Shown here: piece after piece, positions 1-8,675 of the stretch
Layout: every line of letters starts with the position of its first letter
Position numbering within the stretch: the stretch's first letter is position 1
Source of the DNA: Alphaproteobacteria bacterium
GTDB taxonomy: Bacteria; Pseudomonadota; Alphaproteobacteria; RF32; CAG-239
Length of the DNA: 64,000 bases
Assembly (NCBI GenBank): GCA_016283295.1
Contig: JAEEMQ010000030.1
Location: forward strand, 11,482 to 75,481
Direction of reading: 5' to 3'
The notes under the pieces: generated by a model
What the model was told of the DNA's origin: nothing
Databases searched by the model: none
The model's input: only the letters and a program-made list of their open reading frames with translations
Made by a program: the position numbers and the translations under genes

Positions 1-664
1 GGAACTCGGCCTCAGGGTAATAGTCAGATCCCATTGATTTACACCTGTAGCACTGGCTGCCGCCGTAGCCGGTATTGCCGGCGTGGGAACATTCATAACA
101 TCCCGGAGTGATGCTGGATTCGGTACCTTCCGGACATTGAATCTCCGCATTAGGTACACACGTACCGCACATTTCCACACCGGACTTGTGCGTAGGGGTC
201 TCAGGGTCAACGAAAGTTTCCGTATCTGAGCACTCTTTCGAAGTTACATATCCCGGAGCGCACGGTTCAGGCGTGCACTTCCAGAAAAACTTACTACCCT
301 GGTCGCAACTCTCGCATTTCCAGGCTGCGCTCGAATAACCTAAAGGCAAAATAGTTTTCTTGTTGGTAGGTCCGAGTTTGAAGCCGCTGGCTTCGCAAGA
401 TTTCACCGTACATTCATACAAGTTACTACATCCCGGAATATTCGCCAACGAACAACTCATATTTTCTTGTTTTTGGGAGTAATATATTCCTTCTCGAACG
501 TAGTCTTCACAGGTTCTTTTTGCTGATATTTTTGCCGCAGATCCTTGTTCACAGGCACCTGTCGGCAAAAAACAGATGTCTGCCCAAGACGGCGACACGT
601 GAATTATACATGAGAGCATACACACGTACGCACATCTCTTGATTGTTTTAGCTATAGATAACAT
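1..664 (-). CDS. Cysteine-rich secreted protein, N-terminal part only (ORF runs off the left edge)
   Basis: Absent from the ORF track because it has no in-window stop. Hand translation of the minus strand starts at ATG 664..662, with GGAGG at 674..670 and a 5-nt spacer. It reads MLSIAKTIKRCAYVCMLSCIIHVSPSWADICF...PGCSNLYECTVKSCE...CAPGYVTSKECSD...PGCYECSH...SQCYRCKS and stays open for 221 codons to position 1. About 1 residue in 10 is Cys, and the N-terminus is signal-like. Confidence 0.6.
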   Translation of the reverse strand, partial: MLSIAKTIKRCAYVCMLSCIIHVSPSWADICFLPTGACEQGSAAKISAKRTCEDYVREGIYYSQKQENMSCSLANIPGCSNLYECTVKSCEASGFKLGPTNKKTILPLGYSSAAWKCESCDQGSKFFWKCTPEPCAPGYVTSKECSDTETFVDPETPTHKSGVEMCGTCVPNAEIQCPEGTESSITPGCYECSHAGNTGYGGSQCYRCKSMGSDYYPEAEF

Positions 665-821
665 GACGTCCTCCTTATTCTATAGAATAATGTAGATATA
701 GTGTAACACACTTTTTTTTAAATTTGTGTGACATTTTTGTTAAATTTTCGTGACTCTTCACACATTATTCTTGATTTTTTAATGCATATTGCTATTATGC
801 CCCTACAAAAAAGAGGATTTT

Positions 822-2267
822 ATGGCGCAAAAACCGGAAATTACGGACTCCAGCGGTGACAAATACAAATACGGCTTTACTACCGAAATTGAAGCCGATA
901 CCGTGCCGTGCGGTTTAAATGAAGATATCATCCGCCTGATTTCCGCCAAAAAAAAGGAGCCGGATTGGCTGTTGGAACGCCGGCTTAAGGCTTATCGTCA
1001 TTGGTTGACGATGAAAGAGCCGCATTGGGCCAAACTGCAATACGATGCCGTGGATTTTCAAGCCTTAAGCTACTATGCCGCGCCAAAGCAAAAAGTGCGG
1101 CCGCAAAGCCTTAAAGAGGTTGATGAAAAATTACTCGAAACCTATAACAAACTCGGAATTCCGCTCAAGGAACAGGAAGCCCTTGCCGGAGTGGTGGCGG
1201 TTGATGCGGTTTTTGACAGCGTTTCGGTGGCAACAACATATCGAGCCAAACTGGCCGAACAAGGCATTATTTTCTGCTCAATCTCCGAAGCGGTACAAAA
1301 TCATCCCGATTTGGTGCAAAAATATTTAGGCTCGGTGGTGCCTTATACAGACAATTTCTATGCCTGCCTCAATTCCGCAGTGTTTACCGACGGTTCGTTT
1401 GTATATATCCCTAAAGGCGTCAAAGCACCGATGGAACTTTCGACCTATTTTCGCATTAATGCGCAAAACACCGGACAATTCGAGCGCACGTTGATTGTGG
1501 CGGAAGACGACAGTTATGTTTCGTATTTGGAAGGGTGTACCGCGCCGCAACGCGATGAAAATCAGCTCCACGCGGCGATTGTCGAAATTGTGGTAATGAA
1601 CAATGCCGAAGTTAAGTATTCTACCGTGCAAAACTGGTATCCGGGCGATAAAGACGGCAAAGGCGGCGTATATAACTTTGTAACCAAACGGGCGGCTTGT
1701 CGCGGTATTAATTCCAAAATTTCGTGGACACAGGTAGAAACCGGTTCGGCCGTAACCTGGAAATATCCGTCGTGCATTTTGCAGGGTGATAATTCGGTCG
1801 GCGAGTTTTATTCGGTGGCAATTACCAATAACCGTCAGCAGGCCGACACCGGTACCAAAATGATTCATTTGGGCAAAAACACGCGTTCCAAAATCATTTC
1901 CAAAGGCATTTCCGCGGGTTTTTCCAACCAAACGTATCGCGGTTTGGTTGATATTGCGCAAAATGCCCGGAACGCCCGCAATTATTCGCAATGCGACAGC
2001 CTGCTTATCGGTTCGACCTGCGGCTCGCATACGGTGCCGTATATCCGCAATCGCAGCAAATCGGCGGTTTTGGAGCACGAGGCCACCACCTCAAAAATCA
2101 GCGCCGAACAGCTGTTTTATTGCCAACAACGCGGTATAAAAGAAGAAGAAGCGGTCGGACTTATCGTGAACGGATTTTGCAAAGAAGTTATGCAAAAACT
2201 GCCGATGGAATTTGCCATCGAGGCCGGAAAACTCATTAATATCAGCTTGGAAGGGAGTGTCGGATAA
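822..2267 (+). CDS. sufB: Fe-S cluster assembly protein SufB
   Basis: ORF 789..2267 (TTG start) trimmed to ATG 822, which is preceded by AGAGGA. The translation shows the conserved SufB core (…[34 protein letters not shown]…), and sufC and sufD follow. Confidence 0.93.
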   Translation: MAQKPEITDSSGDKYKYGFTTEIEADTVPCGLNEDIIRLISAKKKEPDWLLERRLKAYRHWLTMKEPHWAKLQYDAVDFQALSYYAAPKQKVRPQSLKEVDEKLLETYNKLGIPLKEQEALAGVVAVDAVFDSVSVATTYRAKLAEQGIIFCSISEAVQNHPDLVQKYLGSVVPYTDNFYACLNSAVFTDGSFVYIPKGVKAPMELSTYFRINAQNTGQFERTLIVAEDDSYVSYLEGCTAPQRDENQLHAAIVEIVVMNNAEVKYSTVQNWYPGDKDGKGGVYNFVTKRAACRGINSKISWTQVETGSAVTWKYPSCILQGDNSVGEFYSVAITNNRQQADTGTKMIHLGKNTRSKIISKGISAGFSNQTYRGLVDIAQNARNARNYSQCDSLLIGSTCGSHTVPYIRNRSKSAVLEHEATTSKISAEQLFYCQQRGIKEEEAVGLIVNGFCKEVMQKLPMEFAIEAGKLINISLEGSVG

Positions 2268-2584
2268 TGAAAGAAATCAATGAAGAAGAATTGTATAAAC
2301 GGGCCTTGCGGGTTTGGGGAAAAGAACCGCAAATGCTCCAGGTTATCGAAGAGATGAGCGAGCTGATTAAAGAGATTTTGAAAAACGTCAACCGCAAAAA
2401 GGACAATATTGATGAAATTATTGAAGAAGCGGCCGATGTGGAAATTATGCTCGGACAGCTTAAATGTTGCTACGGAATCAGCGATAAAATCCGCGCTTAT
2501 AAGGCCGAAAAACTGAAAGTTATCGAACAACGGCTCGATGATTGGGAACAAAAGGAAAAGAAAAATGACGGAAAAGTTGCTTGA
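2267..2584 (+). CDS. Small all-alpha MazG-like NTP pyrophosphohydrolase family protein (putative)
   Basis: 105-aa ORF. Its ATG overlaps the sufB stop (TAATG) and its 3' end overlaps sufC by 20 nt. It carries EExxE (aa 28-32, EEMSE) and EExxD (aa 53-57, EEAAD) motifs spaced as in MazG-type metal-binding helices. Confidence 0.5.
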   Translation: MKEINEEELYKRALRVWGKEPQMLQVIEEMSELIKEILKNVNRKKDNIDEIIEEAADVEIMLGQLKCCYGISDKIRAYKAEKLKVIEQRLDDWEQKEKKNDGKVA

Positions 2585-3332
2585 AATAAAGGGTTTATGC
2601 GCCGGTGTCGCCGAGGGCGGCAAAGAAATCATCAAAGGCCTTGATTTAAGCGTTAAGGCCGGCGAAACTCATGCGATTATGGGGCCGAACGGTGCCGGAA
2701 AATCTACCCTTTCGTATGTTTTGACCGGCAAACCTGATTATGTCGTTACCGGCGGCACCATGCACTTTTGCGGGCATGATTTGACCTCGCTCAAGCCGGA
2801 AGAACGCGCCGCGCTCGGTATTTTTTTGAGTATGCAGGCACCGGTGGAAATTCCGGGAGTTACCACCCAGAATTTTTTGAAGCACGCCGTTAATGCCGTG
2901 CGCAAATACAATAATCTGCCGGAGTTGGATGCCGCCGAGTTTTTGAAGCTGTTACGCACAAAAGCCAAAGAGTTTGAAGTAAGTGCCGAAATGCTCAAGC
3001 GCGAAATCAACGTCGGTTTTTCCGGCGGCGAAAAAAAGCGCCTGGAAATCTTGCAGCTCAGCCTGTTGCAACCGAAATTGGCAATTTTGGATGAAGCGGA
3101 TTCGGGGCTCGATATCGACGCACTCAAAATCGTGGCAAACGGCGTCAATCAATGGCGCGCCGCCGATAACGCGCTTTTGATTATTACACACCATATCGAT
3201 TTGTTGCGGCAGATTAAGCCGGATTTCGTGCATATTTACGCGGACGGACGCATTGTCAAAACCGGCGATATGGCATTAGCCGAAGAACTGGAAACCGGCG
3301 GCTACAAAAATTATCTGGACGAGGCCCAATGA
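2565..3332 (+). CDS. sufC: Fe-S cluster assembly ATPase SufC
   Basis: Walker A GPNGAGKST, ABC signature FSGGEKKR, Walker B LAILDEADSGLD. Start trimmed from 2538 to ATG 2565 (AAGGAAAAG upstream; the product begins MTEKLLEIKGL). Confidence 0.93.
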   Translation: MTEKLLEIKGLCAGVAEGGKEIIKGLDLSVKAGETHAIMGPNGAGKSTLSYVLTGKPDYVVTGGTMHFCGHDLTSLKPEERAALGIFLSMQAPVEIPGVTTQNFLKHAVNAVRKYNNLPELDAAEFLKLLRTKAKEFEVSAEMLKREINVGFSGGEKKRLEILQLSLLQPKLAILDEADSGLDIDALKIVANGVNQWRAADNALLIITHHIDLLRQIKPDFVHIYADGRIVKTGDMALAEELETGGYKNYLDEAQ

Positions 3333-4582
3333 GTTTTTTCAAGCAAAACATAACGTTGTTCGGCGCGGATATTCCGTGGCTTGAGGGCTTGCGGGAAAAA
3401 GCTCGCGCCGCTTTTGAGCGTTGCGGTTTACCGAATGCCAAAACCGAGGCTTGGAAATACTCTTATTTTAAAGAAGAAGAACTCGGCGCACCGCAAATTG
3501 ACGACACTCCGCATGAATGCGACGGGCATTGCGGCGAATCGGAGAATTTACCGTTTGCGGCGATTGAGATAAAATATTGCAACGGCAAGCTGACGCATAT
3601 TGCCCGCGATTTGCCGCGCGGCGTGATAATTCGCCCGCTGTATGAAGCAATTACCGACGGTGAAATCAAACCTTATCTCAATAAATCTTTTGATTTGAAC
3701 GAATTTCCGTTTGCCGCACTCAATACGGCATTTTTGGACGAAGGTCTGCTTATTATAATTACCGCTGACACAATGGCGAACATGCCGATTTATCTGCATT
3801 ATCATCAGCACGCCGGGATGAATCGCCTGTGTAACATCCGCAACGTCATTGTTTGCGAAAAAGGGGCAAAAGCCACGATTATCGAGCATTTTGACGGCGA
3901 AAGCAACGCACAATATTTTAATAATATCGTCAACGAAATTTATGTCGGCACCGGCGCGATTTTACGACATTATAAGCGGCAAGACGAGGCGTCAAAAGCG
4001 CACCATACTGCCTTAAACAGCGTACAAGTTAAGGCCGGCGGGCACTACAACAGCCTTATTGTTCACGGCGAATGTGCCCTGGCACGCAGCGAAAGTTATG
4101 TGCGTTTACTGCAGGAAAACGCAGGTGCTGAAATCAACGGCGCGTATCGTTTGACGCACAACGGCGTGAGCGATATTACCACCAACATCCGCCACCTGGC
4201 GCAGCACACCGCTTCCGACCAGCTGGTTAAGGGAGTGCTTGACGGTGCGGCCAAAGGCGTATTTCAGGGGCAGATTCATATTGCGCCGGATGCCCAGCAA
4301 ACCACGGGCTACCAGCTTCATCGCGCGCTGGTGTTGAGTGATGCGGCCGAGGTCGATTGCAAGCCGGAGCTGGAAATTTTTGCCGATGACGTTAAATGTT
4401 CGCACGGTGCCGCCAGCGGCGACTTGGATGCCGAGCAACTGTTTTATATGCAAGCGCGCGGCATACCGCTGGACGAAGCGCGCCAAATTTTGATAGAAGC
4501 TTATTTGAACGAAGTTTTTGCAAAAACAGAGGATTCCGCCGTTGCCGGGTGGCTGTCCGAGAATATTTGCCCAAGCCGATAA
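3329..4582 (+). CDS. sufD: Fe-S cluster assembly protein SufD
   Basis: ATGA overlap with the sufC stop. The 417-aa product has a SufB/SufD-family C-terminal core (…CSHGAASGDLDAEQLFYMQARGI…) and sits in the canonical position after sufC. Confidence 0.9.
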   Translation: MSFFKQNITLFGADIPWLEGLREKARAAFERCGLPNAKTEAWKYSYFKEEELGAPQIDDTPHECDGHCGESENLPFAAIEIKYCNGKLTHIARDLPRGVIIRPLYEAITDGEIKPYLNKSFDLNEFPFAALNTAFLDEGLLIIITADTMANMPIYLHYHQHAGMNRLCNIRNVIVCEKGAKATIIEHFDGESNAQYFNNIVNEIYVGTGAILRHYKRQDEASKAHHTALNSVQVKAGGHYNSLIVHGECALARSESYVRLLQENAGAEINGAYRLTHNGVSDITTNIRHLAQHTASDQLVKGVLDGAAKGVFQGQIHIAPDAQQTTGYQLHRALVLSDAAEVDCKPELEIFADDVKCSHGAASGDLDAEQLFYMQARGIPLDEARQILIEAYLNEVFAKTEDSAVAGWLSENICPSR

Positions 4583-4583
4583 C

Positions 4584-5759
4584 TTACCGTCCGCCGGATT
4601 TGTAACAGTTAATCACGTCGGCAATCAGTTTTTTGCCGTTTTCTTTCATTTTTTTGAAAATTTCGCGCAGTTTGCCGTTATAGCCGCGGAATTTTTCGGC
4701 ATCGCGCCCCGTATCGTGATACAAAATCAACTCTTCAATCGGCGGCAACGGCGTAAATTTTTCCTTATTAGCCTGCGAATTTACGACCCCACCGACCAAA
4801 ACATTGCGTGCAAGCATCATTAACCCCTTGCCGTCGTCGGTTTGTTGCGGACCGCCGTAAGCCAAATCGCCGTGTTCCGCCGGATTTGCCATAAACGGAC
4901 CGTCTTCTTCGTTGACCCACGGATGTTTTTGCTTAATCAGAAACAGGCGTTTTTTCTCCAAATAAGTTGCCGGCAGCTCAAACCAGCGATTTTGCTCGAT
5001 TTTGGCTCGGTCGGCCGCTTGTTCTCCGGCAAAACGCATTCTTTCTTCACGCTTGCGGCGGCGGATATAATCCGGAAGCAGATTCCAGCCGGTATCCCCC
5101 TCCCCGTCATAAGCCGAGCGAAACGCATAAAACGACGATTGTTGCACACCGAGCGGACAGGCCGGCGCGTGTGCCACCACCAACATTTGCGATAAAATGT
5201 TTTTGCGCTCGGCCAAAGAATAGCCTAAATCTTTGAGCTGTGCTTTCATTCTTTGTTCCAACCCGTAGGCCACATAACCGCCGTGACAGTGCGATATAAA
5301 GGTAATTTTGCGAATGTTTTGCGCAATTTCCTCCGCCGAAAAACGAATACCCTTTTGCGCCGAAACCACACGCGGCTCCACAATATTTTTATATAACTTA
5401 TCGATATAGGTCTCGTCCGGATTTTCCTCAGCGGCATCGCTTATGATTCGCTGCGCTCTTTTTTCCGGCAATAAAGTCGCCGCGCGGTGCTTTAAAAACT
5501 GCAGTTTTCGCGCCAAATCCGTATCCGCCTCGCCAAAGTCGTAAGTTGCACCATATACGGGAACACCGTGTCCTAACGCTTGAGTAATGTCTTTTTCGGC
5601 AATTTTGGTGTAGCCGTTGGCCTCTTTGTCGGTCACGGAGCCGTCGCCACCCAAATAAACCACGCACACTTCATCGGCCGGAACGGCATCAACCTTTTTC
5701 CAGCCGTGGGGATATTGCTCCGATTTTTGGCACCTCAAGCCGATTTGCACATCAGTCAT
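4584..5759 (-). CDS. Hypothetical protein, possible alpha/beta-hydrolase fold with a Cys in the nucleophile-elbow position
   Basis: 391-aa ORF with GAGGT SD before ATG 5759. The motif ITFISHCHGGYV (S-H-C-H-G-G encoded at 5277..5294) resembles a G-x-S-x-G elbow with Cys replacing Ser. No signal peptide and no other family recognised. Confidence 0.6.
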   Translation of the reverse strand: MTDVQIGLRCQKSEQYPHGWKKVDAVPADEVCVVYLGGDGSVTDKEANGYTKIAEKDITQALGHGVPVYGATYDFGEADTDLARKLQFLKHRAATLLPEKRAQRIISDAAEENPDETYIDKLYKNIVEPRVVSAQKGIRFSAEEIAQNIRKITFISHCHGGYVAYGLEQRMKAQLKDLGYSLAERKNILSQMLVVAHAPACPLGVQQSSFYAFRSAYDGEGDTGWNLLPDYIRRRKREERMRFAGEQAADRAKIEQNRWFELPATYLEKKRLFLIKQKHPWVNEEDGPFMANPAEHGDLAYGGPQQTDDGKGLMMLARNVLVGGVVNSQANKEKFTPLPPIEELILYHDTGRDAEKFRGYNGKLREIFKKMKENGKKLIADVINCYKSGGR

Positions 5760-5814
5760 AATCTTACCTCTGTGCGGATTATACTATACATTTGCCGATT
5801 TGTAAACTTTTTAT

Positions 5815-6300
5815 TCAGCCGGCATAAACGTAGGTTCTGACACCCCAGACGACCACCGCCGCCAACAAACCGGCGCAAACATCGTCCATCATCACCCCGA
5901 CGGCATTTTTCATTTTGGAATCGAACCACTTAACCGGTCCCATTTTCTTAATATCAAAAAAGCGAAAAGCGGCCAAACCGACAAGATACAACCACCAATC
6001 GGTCGTATTACCCCGCAGAGCATCGGCCACAAACAAAAAGGCCAGCAACTGTCCGACAACTTCGTCCACCACCACTTTACCCGGGTCCTTTTCTTCTTTA
6101 TCGCGAATCAGCACATCGGTAGCATAAATACCGACAATCGCAATCGGAATCGCCGCAACGATAATCCCCGGTGTACCGAAGAAATAACATAACAAAAAAG
6201 CCAGCGGCAAAGTGCCGATTGAACCGACCGTCCCCGGAGCTTTCGGCGACAATCCCAAGCCAAAATAGGTGGCAATAATCAACGCAAGTTTTTCCGACAT
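5815..6300 (-). CDS. pgpA: Phosphatidylglycerophosphatase A
   Basis: 161 aa. The N-terminus ATYFGLGLSPKAPGTVGSIGTLP and the multi-TM profile are typical of PgpA. AAGGA SD lies upstream of ATG 6300. Confidence 0.85.
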   Translation of the reverse strand: MSEKLALIIATYFGLGLSPKAPGTVGSIGTLPLAFLLCYFFGTPGIIVAAIPIAIVGIYATDVLIRDKEEKDPGKVVVDEVVGQLLAFLFVADALRGNTTDWWLYLVGLAAFRFFDIKKMGPVKWFDSKMKNAVGVMMDDVCAGLLAAVVVWGVRTYVYAG

Positions 6301-6386
6301 TTTTTAATCCTTTCAGTATGAAATATTTATAACCAAGGTTGTATCGGCGCGCAACGATATTATATTTTTTTACACAAAGTTAAACT

Positions 6387-6416
6387 TTGCACGCTATACT
6401 GCGGTCATGATAAAAT
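6387..6416 (+). promoter_or_regulatory. Putative sigma70-type promoter of the DUF378 gene
   Basis: TTGCAC (6387-6392), 18-nt spacer, TAAAAT (6411-6416), about 17 nt upstream of the ATG at 6433. Confidence 0.3.
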
Positions 6417-6432
6417 TAAGGAGAACAAAAAA

Positions 6433-6618
6433 ATGGCTTTGAAAAGAATCGCATTGTTTTTGGCACTGCTCGGCGGTATTAACTGGGGCCTGGTCGGTGC
6501 GTTCAGATTTGATTTGGTGACTTTCGTATTCGGATTTTTCCCGATTTTGGTGCCGATTATACAAATCATTATCGGCATTGCCGCTTGCTACGCTTTATTT
6601 ACGTATATGATAAAATAG
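6433..6618 (+). CDS. DUF378-family small membrane protein
   Basis: 61 aa with two TM helices. The motif LGGINWGLVGAFRFDLV is typical of DUF378. Strong AAGGAG SD. Confidence 0.8.
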   Translation: MALKRIALFLALLGGINWGLVGAFRFDLVTFVFGFFPILVPIIQIIIGIAACYALFTYMIK

Positions 6619-6649
6619 ACAGATATTCATAAGCTTTGGGCGCCGCGGA

Positions 6650-7156
6650 TTATTTTTCTGCGGCGTCTTTATTTTGCATGCGTTCCAAAGCGCGATACAG
6701 GGCCGGACGCATAAACTTACCGCGCCAGATTCCGCGTTTGTGTTCTTTGGCGTTTTGCTCGTCGGCAATGTATTTGTCGCTGCGATAAGTTACGGCATAG
6801 CCGGTAAAAATCATCGTTTTGTTCAGCGAAACGTCATCGGCAAAACATTCGCAAATTTCGCGGTCGTATTTATCTTTATTTTCCAGGCAATCACACCTGA
6901 CTTCGGCATCTTTGAGCAAATTTTCGAGATAATGCAAAGCATCGACCCCGCACGGATATTCCCGATTATCGGCATCGTAGCAGACCTGCACAAACTCCGG
7001 TGCGTCTATGCCGTCCAATCTGATACGTCTTTCGCCTTGCGCCAGCGAATCGCCGTCAACAGCCGTATATGCCGACGATGCGGCCAAAACATCGGTTGCC
7101 GCAAACAAAAGTCCCGTAAACATACAAAATACTTTGATCTTTTTCATGTTCTTCAT
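6650..7156 (-). CDS. Secreted thermonuclease (staphylococcal nuclease, SNase-like) family protein
   Basis: RIRLDGIDAPE … DKYDREICEC … KRGIWRG match SNase-fold motifs. The N-terminus MKKIKVFCMFTGLLFAATDVLAA is a signal peptide. Start is uncertain: TTG 7183, ATG 7156 or ATG 7147. Confidence 0.8.
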   Translation of the reverse strand: MKNMKKIKVFCMFTGLLFAATDVLAASSAYTAVDGDSLAQGERRIRLDGIDAPEFVQVCYDADNREYPCGVDALHYLENLLKDAEVRCDCLENKDKYDREICECFADDVSLNKTMIFTGYAVTYRSDKYIADEQNAKEHKRGIWRGKFMRPALYRALERMQNKDAAEK

Positions 7157-7267
7157 ATTAACGCATAATTTTTTTTTGTTCAATCATAAATTTATTTACT
7201 TTTCGTTCATATTATCCTGTTATTGTAGCCTAAAGAACTATAAGCTTATTTTGATAAAGGTATCGCG

Positions 7268-8578
7268 ATGTTAAAACAAATAGGATTCCTCTCAATGTTC
7301 GGTCTGTTCGCGTTTGGCGCACGGGCAGTTTCGGCGCAGACTTATGTTGATCCGACGATGGATATGCAATATGCGCAGCCGCAGCAATACGCACAGCCGC
7401 AACCGAATGCACAACAAAATCAAAAGACGCAGCCAAAGGTGCAAATGCCGTCTTCAATCATTGTTTGTCGTTCCAAACAATGCGCTCCGGCCAAGTTGTC
7501 GCAATCAAAAGAATATATTTTCAACACCCTTCTGCACATGTTTGACAGCAACGCCAGACAAAAAGCACTGGCTTGCGAGGGAAATTCGCAAACTCACGCT
7601 TGCACCGAAGAATATGTTTCCGTGCCGATTACGGTGGGCGTAACACCGGCGTATATGTATATCGACAGCGTAAAAATTACCGATGTTTCGATAAATCCGC
7701 AAAATACCATGGCCCTGAACCTGGTTTTGAGTTGGAATGTTACTTATAACGGACAAACTCCTACCTGCCGTCCGAGCAAAACCCTGCTTCATGTCAAAAA
7801 CGTAAACAATGTTCTGATTCAGGATAACGGCTATACCTGCCGCATGACCACCATCGGCACCACCACGATTCAAACGGTGTTTGCCGTTGATTATATTGAT
7901 ATGGACTACGGCTATATCGGCGGATTTTATTCCATCGGCTTATCCGGTCCGGCTTTCGGCGGCGGCAACGGCTATATGATGTTGCGTTTGCCGAATGATG
8001 TGACGATTGAGGCTAAAGATTTTCCGGTGACAACTCCGGCCGAAGACAATAATCCGTTTGCGCCGCAAGCGGTTGCTCCGGCAGTCAGTATGCCGCAATT
8101 AACCGCTCCGGCTCCGCAACCGGTCGCTCCGACTCCGCAGCCGCAGGCGGCAATGGGACAATACATATATAATGCGTACACCGGACAGTTTATCCCGCTG
8201 CCGACCGCACCGTATACAACTCCGACGGCTGCTCCGATGATACCGACGGCCCAGATGATGCCAGCAACAGCTCCGGTAATTGATCCGAATCATGTTCCGG
8301 CTCCGAATGTTAAGTCGATAATCAAATATAATCATCCGGCCAAACAGTACGACGAGGCGCAGGAATTGGCTCGCATCAGAGCGGAAAAAGACGCCAAAAC
8401 CAAAGAACACATGCGTCACGAGCTGGAAAGAAGAAAGAAAATGGAACAGGAAGCCATTGATTTCGGCGGTGCCAAAGTGTTCCCTCTGCCGTCGGGTAAG
8501 AAAGTTGACAAAACAGCTCCGAGCGACCCGAACAGCCTGAGTGATTATGCACCGGCGGAAAGTCGTCGCTTCGAATAG
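7268..8578 (+). CDS. Secreted Pro/Gln-rich protein of unknown function
   Basis: 436 aa. Signal peptide MLKQIGFLSMFGLFAFGARAVSAQ, then QP-rich repeats, a Cys-containing central domain, a Pro-rich linker (APAPQPVAPTPQPQ) and a charged C-terminal helix. A hairpin terminator follows. Confidence 0.7.
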   Translation: MLKQIGFLSMFGLFAFGARAVSAQTYVDPTMDMQYAQPQQYAQPQPNAQQNQKTQPKVQMPSSIIVCRSKQCAPAKLSQSKEYIFNTLLHMFDSNARQKALACEGNSQTHACTEEYVSVPITVGVTPAYMYIDSVKITDVSINPQNTMALNLVLSWNVTYNGQTPTCRPSKTLLHVKNVNNVLIQDNGYTCRMTTIGTTTIQTVFAVDYIDMDYGYIGGFYSIGLSGPAFGGGNGYMMLRLPNDVTIEAKDFPVTTPAEDNNPFAPQAVAPAVSMPQLTAPAPQPVAPTPQPQAAMGQYIYNAYTGQFIPLPTAPYTTPTAAPMIPTAQMMPATAPVIDPNHVPAPNVKSIIKYNHPAKQYDEAQELARIRAEKDAKTKEHMRHELERRKKMEQEAIDFGGAKVFPLPSGKKVDKTAPSDPNSLSDYAPAESRRFE

Positions 8579-8600
8579 ATTTTGCTTAATATCAGCCACA

Positions 8601-8633
8601 AAAAACGTCCGATTGATTTTGGACGTTTTTTTG
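8601..8633 (+). terminator. Rho-independent terminator
   Basis: Stem ACGTCC (8605-8610) / GGACGT (8621-8626) with flanking A/T extension, followed by a T-run to 8632. It starts 23 nt after the stop at 8578. Confidence 0.6.
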
Positions 8634-8646
8634 TATAAAATTTTGC

Positions 8647-8675
8647 TTGCAAATTAGTAAAAGTTATGTTAATAT
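8647..8675 (+). promoter_or_regulatory. Putative extended -10 sigma70 promoter of the 1484-aa lipoprotein gene
   Basis: TTGCAA (8647-8652), 17-nt spacer ending in TGT (8667-8669), TAATAT (8670-8675). This implies a 5' leader of roughly 160 nt. Confidence 0.4.

Noticed and set aside
5917-5927. A GGTTCGATTCC (tRNA T-arm/T-loop consensus) on the minus strand.
   Set aside because: It lies inside the pgpA reading frame (encoding …KWFDSK…). No acceptor, D or anticodon arms can be folded around it. No tRNA was found in any intergenic region.
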